The notes below the pieces were generated by a model. The model searched no databases, was not told the origin of the DNA, and was given only the letters and a program-made list of their open reading frames with translations. Positions 39,041 to 51,930 of a DNA stretch of 64,000 bases are shown one piece after another (position 1 is the first letter of the stretch; the number at the start of each line of letters is the position of its first letter). The translations under genes and the position numbers were made by a program. Source of the DNA: Callorhinchus milii (lineage: Eukaryota); contig NW_024704758.1 in NCBI RefSeq assembly GCF_018977255.1, positions 11,532,001 to 11,596,000 on the forward strand. The letters are read 5' to 3'.

Positions 39041-39977
39041 TATTCGTCAGGAAGGCAATGGGGATGCTCTCCTGGGATTTAGGGTTGGACTAGAATGGAG
39101 GGAGTACAAAGTCTCTGTGTCAGTCCTTATTTTGTTTATTTATTTTGTTTCGCTCAAGAGTTCTTGTCATTGATATCGGTTGACAAAAGCCGAGAATTGT
39201 TGAGTTCCCTGGCACTGACGTCCTTACCCGGATGAGCACAAAATCTTACCTCAAAAAAGGGTTAAAAAAGAACAGTGATGGAAGCAATCATTATTAACAT
39301 GGCTGCCTGCTCACATCACTGTTATAAAAGCAGTCAGTGGTGTAGGTTGGTGGAGGACTGTTCATATTCAAAACAACGATGATACTTTATAACAAAGCAC
39401 TATAAGTGGTTTGTGAAGCATATCCATTTTGAGGAGTGTGGCAGTAATCACTGAACAGTTTAAACCTGCATTAACCAGGTGAGGGAAACATCTGCATGAG
39501 TCTTGCTGCATTAGATGCCCGGGAATCATGTGTTTAATCATGCAAACCGGACAATACTGTAAGCAGGTGAACAAAGACAGGAAATCGGGCAGGTAACGAT
39601 GGGAAAGCTGGACAGCATAATGCAGCAAACGCATGTCTCGGGCACCATGCCACATTTCGCTCTTCTTTTCTCCCCTCTCCCAGGAGGCAGAGAGATAGGG
39701 TTGGATGTCAAGTGGAACCCATCTCTACGAAGTGGGCTGAGCTGTTATCCTACGTGTAGGGTACTCTATGAATGCAAATTTTTCATGAGGCAGATGGTGG
39801 GCCAACTCTTCATAATTATTTGGAAAATTTCACTCGGATAGGTTCATTTACAGTAATTCACTACTTCATGTTACGTGCTTTGTATGGAGAGGGGTTGCCA
39901 CAGAACAAGTGGTGTTAAAATAGTGTATGTTCTTGTACTAATATCTTACAGCTTTGTACAGACCCTTTTCAGTAGGT

Positions 39978-40088
39978 AATAATAATAAACCTTGCATTTG
40001 ATACAGAGCCTTATCACATCATTGAGACGTCTCAAAGCGCTTCACAGGATATGCTGTAAAGTGGTTTAACTGTATTTTGTGGGCAAAG
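39978..40088 (-). mobile_element. SINE family A, 3' fragment
   Basis: Reverse complement tail ending at GTGGGCAAA. Confidence 0.85.
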
Positions 40089-40809
40089 GTATCATTCTTC
40101 ACCTTTTTACATCTTATTATCAATACAATAAGACAATTGAACTGGTTTTACAGCTGTATTAAAAGTCCATCAGCAGTATTTTAGTACATAGCACTTGCAA
40201 TGCTGGAGGTTTTGTTTTACTTTTGCAAGGTCCAGTGATACAGACTGAAGGAGAAGATGAAAATCACAATGGTGTTGATAAGCTTGCTTTGGGAATAGAT
40301 TATACTCAAACCTTATCTTAGCTAAGGTGTAATTATCCCATCTGTCACAGTTAGATTTCTATCTTTCACCTTGAGACCTTGGTGTAACATTCAAGACTTT
40401 GAATGCAAGACTGACAGAGGCAAGGACTTTGGTGAGGGGCGCAATCTTACACTGAATGCTTTCTCTTTTAGACATAGACCACTGAGGAAATGCATGAGGG
40501 GAAACACTAGATATGTGTTGGGCTCGGAGTATGATGTAAGGTGACAAGCTTGTGTGAGTGGAGATCCTACATGGAGATTTCCTTCAGGAGATCTTGTGGA
40601 CGAGGTAAGTCAGAAAGCAGGTTATCTTCGGGAACAATGAGTGGCTTTTTCACATCCCACATATTCTTTTGTTATTTCTCACATTGCCCAGTCCCTTCAT
40701 GGCTTGAAACATAATGATGGAGGCTGCATTCAGCTAATTGTTGATACTATAAATAGGAACTGAAAATTGCCCTTCAGAATAGTAGGATGTAGGATTGGGT
40801 TATACAAGT

Positions 40810-41220
40810 TTCTGATCATACTGGCTCCCTGTCACAGAGCAGATCGACTTCAAGATGGTCACTCTAGTGTTTAAATCCCTCCGTTTCTTGCCCCCCCACC
40901 CCCAACCTCCTCTCTCCCCACAGCAGTACCCGCTGCCTCCGCTCGAAAGGGTCCAGCCTCCTCTGCGTCCCCCAAATCCTCCACTCCCCCTTCAGCCACT
41001 ACGCCCTGAAACTTTGGAACTCCTTCCCTCAACCCCTTCACCTCGTCCCCTCCTTCCCCATCTTCAGGTCTCGCCTGAAGACCTTCCTAGTCGACCGCGC
41101 CTACGGTCACCTTCCCCCTCTCCCTGGCTTGGCCTTGGGCTCCACCATTGGTAAGCGCTCTGAGACGCCGCCTAGCGTGGAAGGTGCTATATAAGCGCAA
41201 GTTGTTGTTGTTGATGTTGT
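40810..41220 (+). mobile_element. L2 LINE 3' fragment
   Basis: CTGGCTCCCTGTC...GACTTCAAGAT (HWLPV...DFK motif), C-rich body, tail TAAGCGCTCTGAGACG...GCTATATAAGCGCAAG(TTG)n. Confidence 0.85.
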
Positions 41221-41982
41221 CCAAAAAGCCCAGATTCCTCATGGCAAATGTATTAATTGCTCAGAAAGGCATTCTGTACAATTAGACGAGCCAGCGTGAG
41301 AGTAGCAGCTGGTGGGAAACATTTTAAAAGTGCCAGCTCTGAAAGATCAAGCTGAAAGCTCAGAGGAAAATAAACAAAATGAAACTAAGGGCTGGGATCC
41401 TGTCAGAGAGTCCCTGGAGTAGATTTGATTTCATGCCTCAATATTCTGTAGTTCTGCACCGGTTGCTAACATGCCTCCCCCATGCTGGATCAGGGCACAG
41501 TGACGGTTACAATATCTTTGTTCTAGCCTTCGAATCGAGTGTAATTTAGCATTGAGAGATTCGCTGTGATTTGTGGGTGCAAAGATCCCAACGAGATGTT
41601 GCTTTGAGAAGTAAATCAACTTGCCAGTCAGAGCACTCACTGGTACGTGATTTACAAGCCACTCTGCACATTACTGACCTGTTCATTTCAAAGCTGAATT
41701 GAAGTGTTCAATATTGCATTGCCCATAACAGTAGTAAAAATCTCAGCTTCCGATAATAAAGATGTTCCATTATTCAAAAGAGAAATTGTCTGTAGCCCTG
41801 GGCAAGGCCTTGGATGTGTAGACAGATTAATTCTTCCCATCCATCCACTAGTAAGAACTACAGTCTGCAAATAGTGAAGTGAGGAAATGGTTTAATTACA
41901 GTGGTCCATAGCTTTCTGAGTATTACAATGTTATGTTACTTATTGAGTTTGAAAGAGGGAGAGTTGTTGATACCAATGTAGA

Positions 41983-42048
41983 TGGGCAGAAATCCACCTA
42001 CCCAAGATAATGTACATTGGTCCTCCAACACTGCTGAATTCTGCCCCA
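41983..42048. mobile_element. Tiny MITE-like remnant
   Basis: Inverted ends GGGCAGAAATC / GAATTCTGCCC. Confidence 0.35.
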
Positions 42049-42608
42049 CACAAGCTTAGCTGCCTAATCACTGGTACAATAAGAAATTCTCTTGCAGCAC
42101 ATTCCCCTCAGAAGAATTTAACAGAAGTCGCTTCTGCATCTTATGCTATTTCCTTGTTGGTGATGTGGGTGGGGGTGGTGGGGGTTGGAGATGGGCAGGG
42201 CCTTCTTGGATGGGGAGGTAAACGGAGCCATCCTGGGGCTGAGCTTTCGAGGTCTCGCTCGTCCAGTTCCTAAACCAGAAGGAAAGGGAAATTTCCGTGT
42301 GCAGGTGGCAATCTGCTTTGGATACTCTTATGCATGATATTCTGTTTCCGCTTGTGTTAGACAGCCACGTGACCCCCAAAAAATCCAATGCCAATTCAAT
42401 ACATTTATAGACAAAATAAGAATATAAGAAAAGCTGAAGAGATTGAGACAGTCATTTTAGTGACCTGATCACACCAGTCTTTGTTTAACTGATATGTTAT
42501 AACAAATAACATATTAACCTGACATCTGAACTTTTTTTTTACTGTAATAATAGAACGTTTTTTCAATGCCATGGCATAAAATTGAAATCTTTGTAGCTAT
42601 ATTGCTTT

Positions 42609-42986
42609 GTGGAGTCCTGTAGCACAGTGATGAGAGCGCTCGCCTCACAAGCGAGAGACCTGGTTTTCATTCCCGGTAGGCCAAAATGTTGGCCAAGTTT
42701 CCTTACTCCACACGCCTCTGTTTACCTAGCAGTAAGTAGGAACCCAGTTGTCAGTCGATTGGTGGATCGCTTTTCCAGGAGTAATAATTACTTAAATTTT
42801 TAAAAAAAACAATTTGTCACTTCAATCCACGACTGTTGTGGGACGCTGCTGTACGCAATTGGCTGCCGCGTTACACCCACAAAATATACAGTCAATTTAC
42901 TTTACAGTGTATTCTGTGAAGGGCTCTGAGACCTCTCAGAGGTGATAAGGCGCTATATCAAATGTAAGGATTATTATTTTTATTAT
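42609..42986 (+). mobile_element. SINE family A, full length, long subfamily (tRNA-Val-like loop)
   Basis: Head with arm CTCGC-CTCACAA-GCGAG; central GCCTCTGTTTACCTAGCAGTAAGTAGGAACC segment; tail. Confidence 0.92.
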
Positions 42987-43753
42987 ATAAAATGACCAGC
43001 CCAGGAAACACATAAATCACTGGATGTGCCAACATTCCAAGGCTTAAATAACTTTACCTTAATATTATATTGACACCTTTTGTTTTACTCTCTTTATTTT
43101 GGTCTCAAACTTTTTTAAAGTGTTCACCAAAGAGTGACACTTTTCTGTTTCGGATCTGGTCAGTTGCTCACCAGAAATCCATTCCATTTGGCCTACAATA
43201 TATTAGATAATCTGTTTACAAGTTACATTCCAACAATGCACTCGCGACATATTTTCAGCTCGCTTCAAAGTTTCTCAAAATTTTCTCAGACGTATTGTTG
43301 GTAGATGATTAATGAACATAGGGATGACTAGCTTCGAACTGCTGCCCTGGGGAGCGTGACAAACAGTTTTTTTTAATTAGGTACGTTACTTTTTCTAAAA
43401 GCAGAAGAGTTTGCTCAGCAAGTCTGTGACAAAAGGAAACAAATATGCAGGTAATTATATCTCTGGACCTGTCAAAGGATTTTAATTATGAGAAAAATGT
43501 AAAGTAAAACAATTTTTTTTAAATAAAAGTGGAAACCGGCTAAAATTGCATAACTTGTCATTGAAAGGCAAAATAAAGTGTCTTTGACCTTGAATTCACA
43601 TCTCAGTGGTTGTATCAAGATGTCTCAAAGTGCTTCACAGGAAATTGATGTGACTGTGTGTATTTTGTGGGCGAACATTTTAGATTTGATTCAAATAGTG
43701 ATCACAGTGTTCAAACACACAGCATCGTGAAAGTCATTTATATAATTCTACAA

Positions 43754-43960
43754 AATAATAATAATAATCCTTGCATTTGATATAACGCTTTTCACGTCTT
43801 CTAGACATCCCAAAGCGCTTCACAGAATATACTGTAAAGTGAATTGACTGTATATTTGTGGGCGAACGTGGCAGCCAATTGCGCACAGCAATGTCCCACA
43901 AACAGTTGTAGATTGAAAATGACCAATTTATTATTGTTTTTGGTTTTGGAGGGATTATTA
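43754..43960 (-). mobile_element. SINE family A, young subfamily, 3' half
   Basis: Reverse complement of CCCTCCAAAACCAAAAACAATAATAAATTGGTC through the tail. Confidence 0.9.
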
Positions 43961-46130
43961 TACAAAGCCCCTGATACCGACAACGCACTTTAATGTTGAA
44001 ATTAAAATAAAGGTTTTTTTTTAAATTGACTAGATGATAGAGGGTAGCCAAATGTGAAGGCCAATTCAATATTTAAACCCATTTTAAAAGGGCAGCTAAA
44101 ATGAAATTCTATCTCATCTGCTCACTTTTAGATGATAAAATTAGTTTACCCCCCCACTGAATATCTATTTTCCAAAAAAGCAGGAAGAGACAAATGCTCA
44201 TGCATCTTAAAGGGAAAGTATATGCAAAGAAAAGCGCTCTAATTTTACATTTTGCAAGTGTAATTTTCTTCCCTATTTTAGCATCCCAGAGAGTTAACAT
44301 GCATTTATATCCAGAAAATTAATTTTGTGTCCTGCTCTTTTCTCTCATTCCCCCCTACTCTTGATCACTGGGGTATACTGGAACCCTGGGATCCAGCCTG
44401 GGAAGATATTTTCCAAGTGCTGGAAATATGCCCGAGTAAGAGAGGGCTGCTTCAGTGAGATTGTGAATGGGGTGATCAGCATATTTCTTTGCTTGAAATG
44501 TGTAAATCGCTTAGAAACCACAAGAGATTAGAGCATCGAATATTATCCATAGTAATGAATAAAGTGAATGGAGAAATTGGGGTTAATTAGCTTTTCACTT
44601 GTTGCAATGTTTGCGTTAGTTTTCAGTTCAAGATACTGAGGGGAATGCTTGCTACATGAGCACTTAAAATGTTTTCTTAATCTGCTAAATCGATGATAAG
44701 AACGCCTTTTGCTTTGCTACTAACTTCATTAGGACTTTAGGGATGCCCTTCACATCGGGAGCGAATTCTTAGAACTATCCTGCTTAATAATAATAATAAA
44801 AAAAAACACTTTCTCACATTCCTTCCTCATCGTAAATGTTTTTTTTAACCAAAAAGCAACAATTACAGCTGATCCTTGAATCGGCAGCACCTTAAAAGAG
44901 AGTTGAATTGGGGTTTGCCTGTGGGCTAACCCGACTGATTGTTTCTTGATTTTCAGCCAGTGTCAACGCAGCTGATTTTGAGGATTTTCTTTTCGATGTG
45001 ATGTTCTCTCTGAGACTCAGATCAAGGCCAGTCTAGGGAACAGATTGACAAAAAAGATAGCACGACTCTAGAAAATGTAATGTTACTATTATAGAAGATC
45101 TGACAGGCAGCAGATTGGAACAATATGGGTTCATATTATTGACTTTATCCCCAAAACGCATCCCTAACCCCCCCCACCCCCACCACCAATCCCTTCCAAT
45201 TCAATGAGCGATTATTTTATTGCACAAGGATGTTGTGGGAGAGTGGGCAGCACTCTGTGAGCCATGATAAAATACACTTGTTTTTTAAGATCAAAATACT
45301 GGGATTGAATTTCCAAGGATGGTTAGATACCAATGCAAAAAATCCAGGATCGAACAGCCAGAAACAACCACTGCCAACAACAACAACATGGATTTATATA
45401 GTACCATCCTTTTTAGAAGCAAAAAATGAAAGCTTATTTGATGTGGTGTCTGCAAATGAATTCAGACTGTTGTGCAGTAAATGCTGCACGCAATAAAATA
45501 AATGTTAGTTTGGTCTTTTTAAAGCAGGAATTGACTGTTTTAAGAATGATTCCATGTTGTGACTTATTAATTTACGAAGCATTTGAAGGCAAGTCCAGTA
45601 AACTAACAGCTCTTACCCGCAAAGAGCAGCTTCCATTACAGCATTGTGGGGTCGTAAATTCCTATTTAATAGAAACTTGGGCCCCTTGTAAAGCGATTTT
45701 ATTTTGTCATGCTGGGAAATGCTTCTCAGTTTTTTTTCTCTCTCTCTTCTGCTCTCTTCCTCCCTCTATCTGTTCAGGATATTTGGCAAAGCAGAGGCAG
45801 ATGACTACTGCAATTGACTATTTTTAGCCCAAATAAAATACTTTCTGGACATTGAGCATTGTGCATCACAATTGCTGTATCTCTACAATCTGAAGCATGA
45901 CTTGGCTCAGAAACAATGCATGTAGTTCCTATGTTGGTTGTACATGCAGTTACAACACTTAAGTGGAACTGGACTCGAGCCTATTTTGAAATGGAAATCT
46001 TTCCATATTAAATGTGAAACTGCAGTTTATTTTTTTTAAAAAAAGATGGAAAGTAGGAATCTCGTTATTTCAAGAGATGCATTTACGAGTTCCTACCAGT
46101 CACCGTCAACAGTCCGAACTCCGACATTCA

Positions 46131-46446
46131 TGGAGTTCTGTAGCTCAGTGGTTAGAGCACTTGCCTCACAAGCGAGACACCTGGTTCGACTCCAGGCAGG
46201 GCAAAACCTTGGGCAAGTTTCCTTACTCCACACGTCTAATAATAATCCCTCAAGATAAAATAAAATAATAATTTGGTCACTCAATCCACGATTGTTTGTG
46301 GGACACTGCTGTGCGCAATTGGCTGTGCATTATTGCATTTTGCCCACAAAATATACAGTCATATCACTTTACAGTATAGTCTGTGAAGCGCTTTGAGACA
46401 TCTCGAAGACGTGAAAAGCACTATATCAACTGCAAGGATTATTATT
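46131..46446 (+). mobile_element. SINE family A, full length, intermediate subfamily
   Basis: Old anticodon loop CTCACAA and old tail loop (ACATCTCGAAGACGT), but lacks the central segment like the young copies. Confidence 0.9.
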
Positions 46447-47217
46447 CATAATGGAGACAAAACTCTTCCAAGCCCAACACTGCATCTCACACAGCTTGAG
46501 GACATCAGCCAGCAGCAGTTCCCTTTCTTCATTCTTATAGTTATTGCAGAGCAATGTCATGAAATTAGCACCAGTCTTGTGTTTTGCAATCGCATCCACT
46601 GGGAACTGGTTTGAGATGGCAGAAACGCACTTCACTAAAGAGCTTTGGCACATTGAGACAGAAGGGAATTCTCATCCCACCTCATGCACAGCAATCAAGC
46701 AATGATCCCGGAGCTAAAATTAGCTATGCCTGTGCATCTCCGGCTGCTTTTTTAAAACCAGGTAAGCCAGGTAATTTCATCAATCTTTTGGATTCGATTT
46801 CTCAAGTAACATGCCTTTGAAACTGTGTGCTTATTAAACTGCTTAAAGGCCATGTGTAGCCTACCTTCCCATGGAATATGAGTAATAGACAATGACCCTT
46901 GGCAAGCCAACTGACCTATCCTCCTCTGAGTTTTCAGTCAGTCTACCAGGCCTACAGGGATGATCTTCCCTGGTAACGCCAGAGATTTAATAATGCTCCC
47001 TCTAAGTTCATTTTGCCTTTCAGCAACTCCAGGTAAGAAAATGCTATCTGAAACCAAGGCTATCTCAGTTACCTTAAAGCAGATGAAAGGACTTTGTTGC
47101 AATAGAGCTACTTAAGAGAACTGTTCATCCTGAAGTTCTTTCTTGCTTTTCCTCTGGTTAAGTGCCCGGAATCTACTTTGCTGTCGAATGTTTGAAATTA
47201 GGTATTTGTTGTGCAGA

Positions 47218-47354
47218 GAATAATAATAATCCTTGCATTTGATATACCGCCTTATCAAGTCGTTGAGCCGTCTCAAATTGCTTCACAGAATATACTGTAA
47301 AATGAATTGACTGTATATTTGCGGGTGAAATGCGGCAGCCAATTGCGCACAGCA
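47218..47354 (-). mobile_element. SINE family A, 3' fragment
   Basis: Reverse complement tail up to GCCAATTGCGCACAGCA. Confidence 0.85.
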
Positions 47355-47789
47355 GTTCAGTCTAATGTAACATTAATTTGCACACCCTGACTGAGTCCTA
47401 TCTCTAGATATTTTGATATTTGACTGTTTCTGTAAATGTGCCCTATTTCAATATTTTATGGCAGTAAAATTGCCACACTTACAGTGTGTTCTATGAAACT
47501 GAAGTGGAAAGAACAGTCCGTCATCTGGTATTGTTGCCAGCAGCAAATTTGGCAATGCATTCTAATTCTCTTTATATGGAGAGAGTGTTGACTCTACTCC
47601 ATCTTATCAATAATACTGTATATTATTTGCTCTTCTAAGCATTTTCAGTTGTCTCGCCAAGCATTAGACCATCGTACACATTTCTCTTTGTATACACTTT
47701 GTGCTGAAATTGAGACTCAGTCTTACTCTCAGTCTTATTCCAACAATCTAAACAAGTTTTTTGACTCCCAACTTCATTCATTTCTGCTT

Positions 47790-47936
47790 GACTTACCTTG
47801 GTCTGTCTCTTTGAATAGTGCCATGGGATCTTTAACATCCACCTCAACAAGACTTCAGTTTAACATCTTATCAGAGAGATGACACCTCTGACAATGTAGC
47901 GCTCCCTCAGCTCTGCATTGGAGTGTCAGCCTGGAC
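47790..47936 (-). mobile_element. Deu-domain SINE fragment
   Basis: TTGAATAGTGCCATGGGATCTTTAACATCCACCT...GACAATGTAGCGCTCCCTCAG...GGAGTGTCAGCCT. Confidence 0.75.
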
Positions 47937-50654
47937 AATCAGTTTAAAATCCACTCCTATCGTCTAGTTAACGTAATATTTGGCAGTAGTAGAACAGAGG
48001 CTAATGGGCACTAATAACATAAGTGGTGCTGCATAACCTTCTGGAGCTCTCATTAAAATGGGAGAATATTACTTTTGTCTCACACCAGCAATTTCTGTCT
48101 GAGTGTATAATTGAATAAATATTGGTTGGAATTCTCAGGCTGTAATTATTGACCCATCAGTTACAAAATTCACGCCAGCTGGGTAACTGTAAAATGTACT
48201 GTCAATCACTCTTGCCAATAGTTCATTGCTGTAGCTTTCAACAGTAATCGATATTTATAGACCGTTTCCCGCTCACTTGGAGCTCTATATGAAGAAGGGG
48301 TCTCACATGCTGAAGAATCTGAATCATGCTTTTTCAGCTTAACATAAGAAACAGAAGATGTTGCTCAGTTTATGGGCTTAAATGTGGTGGGTTTAGAAGT
48401 AAATGTAACTGCTTTGGATTTGGTTAATCATACAGAATGCTCAACAAATGTGTGGTTTATACAAAGAGACTTTTTTGAGCATATGGAATCCAATACCCCA
48501 TTAAAAATATATCATTTTGCAGGATATATTGAGAATTTCTCTGTTCACCGCTGCATTTAAGAGTTGATGGATTTACCTTGTGTATTTGCTATTAACGAGA
48601 TGCTTTCACATAATTCCTCAGGTTACTGAAGACAGTGGCCTTTCATATTCCCTGCTTATATATGAATATTATTGGGACCGGGTAGAGGACTACAGGCCCT
48701 CGCTGTGAGGGAAGGGAAAGCAGTCCCGATGACTGAAGAAACTGTGAAATGTCGAGACCTACCTGTTAGGGATGATAGGGTAATTGAAGGCACTGGCCTA
48801 TTTAAGAGAGAACTGGCCTCAGCCAGGAAAGAGCGAGACTCATCCTGTAAAGGTAACTTAAAATAGCTCTGAACGATTGTAAATATTTTGAACCAATGAC
48901 AGGTTTTAAATCTCGACATTTCAAACCTAAGGGTGATTGTGTGGAATGAGATTCACGAAGAGGGATCTGGGCGGAGGATAAAGAAAAAGAAGCTTGGGTT
49001 TAAAAACTCATGAATATGAGCACTCGGGGAGAGCAGGAGTGAGCAGGCTTCCTATAAATCCTCTGCAGATTCCTCCTCGAGCTTTCTGTCTAGAGGACAG
49101 CAATACAGTATTACTACTCTATCTGGAGAACAGTAGCACCACACTACCATGCACTGTGCAGAATCAAACAGTACGGTATTTAGATTTTTTCCTGCCAATG
49201 TCTAAAAATTACCTTGAAACAGTTAAGTGAAAAATGTCTCTTTTGCTATCACTGATACTGAGGCACAATGTGATATTAATTGCAAGCCTACATGTGAGCA
49301 CTTTCAATTCTGGCTTGTGTAGGCATTCTGAAACCCAGGGGAAAGAGGTAGTTTATGAATTCTGGATTGCGTATCAGAAATTTGGCTGCTTTTCAAACCT
49401 ACCATATGCTGAAAATTAGGAAATTCTGCCATAATTCTGAAGGCCATGTATCATTGTAATTCACAAAGTGAAAGATTTTAATTGGAGACTTTATGGGAAA
49501 ATGTTTTAATTTATCAATGAATCGTAAACCAAGACTGAAAGGTAGGTAACAAGACATGCTCTATCTGCAGAACCAATATTACGAAATCTTTTGCCATCTT
49601 TATATTTCTCCTCCATCTCTCTTTCTCGGCTTTTAAAAACCCAAGTTTATCAACACCAGAACTCTTCTCAGTTTTGTGCTTCTCACTACAACTTTGTACA
49701 TTACAGAACTTAGCCCTTCCCTCACGTTGTCTGTAAAAACAAATAGATATCAATGCAATGTTTACACTTATGGTACAGGTCAATGGGGTACTTAGAATGT
49801 CATTGGGTAAACAACAAATAAGTGCACTTTATTATACAATGTCAACTTTTTAAGGAACCAAAAGGGAAAATTTTCTCTGAGAAATTGAGGTTTTCTGCAG
49901 GCATTGGTTTAGTCAGATGAATGTTTGATCCATAGCAGATGTTGCTGCCACTCAGTCACAGAACACAGTGATCTGAGGTTAAACTCAATGTCGAGTACAC
50001 TAGTTACGCCACTCAGCAAGCGACTCAAAAGCTCACATTATTCAAGAATAAGGTCACACAGCAGGGCTTCCTGCCAATTGTCTTGGTTTTCGAACAAACA
50101 GATTTATTTAATCAAAGTACTAGACTTTCATTAGCAATTGCACTGCTAACAAGTGACACATATTGTTCAGGTTTTACTTTAAATTTTGTATTTTATTTCA
50201 TATCACGCACAAAATGCAATCAATTGGCGTGAGAAAACAAAATTGAAGTCCAATGTCATTTTGAATCAATCATCATCTTGCTGATTTTAAATATCTTTCT
50301 CTTCAAGCTTCTTTTATTGTGGAAAAATTAATTACATCATTTTGTAACGCAAATGTAAAGTGCTGGAGTTGTAACATGAAAAATAATGACTTATATGAGA
50401 ACCAGATTCAAAAGATTCAAAAGGATGCTCTGGGTATCTAAGCTGATAGGTAGCAGATTTGCCTCAATATAAATACGTCTGAAGTACTTTGTATGAGAGT
50501 GAGGATCTGAAAGAGGCTATAGCCATGCAGTGACCTCATTAGGAATGCTATGAATAAAACCATAAACCCAGTGCTTTGCAACAGTTAAAAAAAAAGGAAA
50601 TAAGAAGCGAGTTTGCATTAATAAAGTGCAAATCAGAAACGATTATATTGTTGC

Positions 50655-50905
50655 TGTCTAAGTCATTGGTTGGACCACATCTAAAATATTCTATGCAGTT
50701 TTCGTCACCTAATTTAGGATATTATTGCCCTACATAAGTACACTGAGGGATTCAAGACTTGCTGAGTATGTTATCGGGAGCACTGCACATTCTGGAAAGA
50801 AAAGAGAAAGAGTGATGCAGTGAAAAAATGATGACTGGGCTTGAAATCTATCAAAAAAGGATAGGCTTGTTGGGTCTAATGTCCTCTTTTTACCTTACAA
50901 TGTCC
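50655..50905 (+). mobile_element. CR1-type LINE 3' remnant
   Basis: Reads KSLVGPHLKYSMQFSSP, resembling the CR1 motif LVRPHLEYCVQFWSP, followed by a CR1-like 3' end. Confidence 0.6.
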
Positions 50906-51778
50906 TTGGCTTTATCCTCCTATGGAAGGAGTTAAGTGCAGTCTCCTTGGAGGGACAGACCGAGCTGGACATGCAGCTTGAAGCTTGCCAGACAGCGCTT
51001 TCAGTGGCAAACTGGTTTTGGACGGTTAAATTACCGCGGTCTGCGATCCCTGAGCCTTGGCTCCTGACATTCTGCACCAGATATTTGTGTCCATCCAGGG
51101 AGAGAATGCACATTCTATTCTAGACACTGGGACATTTCCTTGTGTGGGGGGCACACATATGTAGAACTTTCAATTTGGTTTGGATAATCTGAAGAATGGT
51201 GATGAGTTACCACATATGTCAAGACTGCCCTGCTGAGCAAACACAAAACTGCCCTACAAATTTGTATGTTCTTATGTAATCCAATTGCGACAATTTTAAT
51301 GGGAACAAAAATGCAATGACATCCACCAGCTTGCAGATTTAGTTTTCTAAAAAGTGTTGTTTACCTCATCTACGAACAGAAATCAGTAGTTGTCACACTA
51401 GTCTCTGTGAGCAATGGTAGAAACGTCTCACTGTGAAACGTCTGCAATGATGAGTGTTCCAGCAGCATGCTCTCTCACTCTGCCTGCTTCAGCATTATAT
51501 GCACAAATACTTGCTCTTCCCTCAGGCAGTAGAAAACAGTCTCTCTTTGTTATATCTGACAATTACGCTAAAAATATATATTTTTGTATTTAATGCAACA
51601 TAAGGAGTCGGGCTATTTAGGAATAGGAAACCATCAAAAAATAAATGTTTGCTTGATTGGGCAACTTGTTTTAGAATAAGATTAGTGTAGCGTTTCATCC
51701 TGGTTTATTGTTTTGACCAAAGATCATGGATGACTGACTGTATGTAGGAGTAGTGTAAGGCTAATACCGCTAAGACCG

Positions 51779-51930
51779 CAACAACAACTTGTACTTATAT
51801 AGCGCCCTCCACGTAGGGTAGCGTCTCAGAGTGCTTAACAGTGGTGGAGCCTGGGGTGGTGGGGAGGTGCCCGTAAGCACGGTCAAAAAGGAAGGTTTTT
51901 ATGCAGCACTTGAAAAAGGGGAGAGAGGGG
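51779..51930 (-). mobile_element. L2 LINE 3' end
   Basis: CAACAACAACTTGTACTTATATAGCGCCCTCCACGTAGGGTAGCGTCTCAGAGTGCTTA; same tail type as 41150-41215. Confidence 0.75.

Noticed and set aside
48622-48852. Plus-strand coding exon (TTCCTCAG ... AAG|GTAACT)
   Set aside because: All three frames from that acceptor hit stops, and the internal 64-aa ORF is unrecognisable
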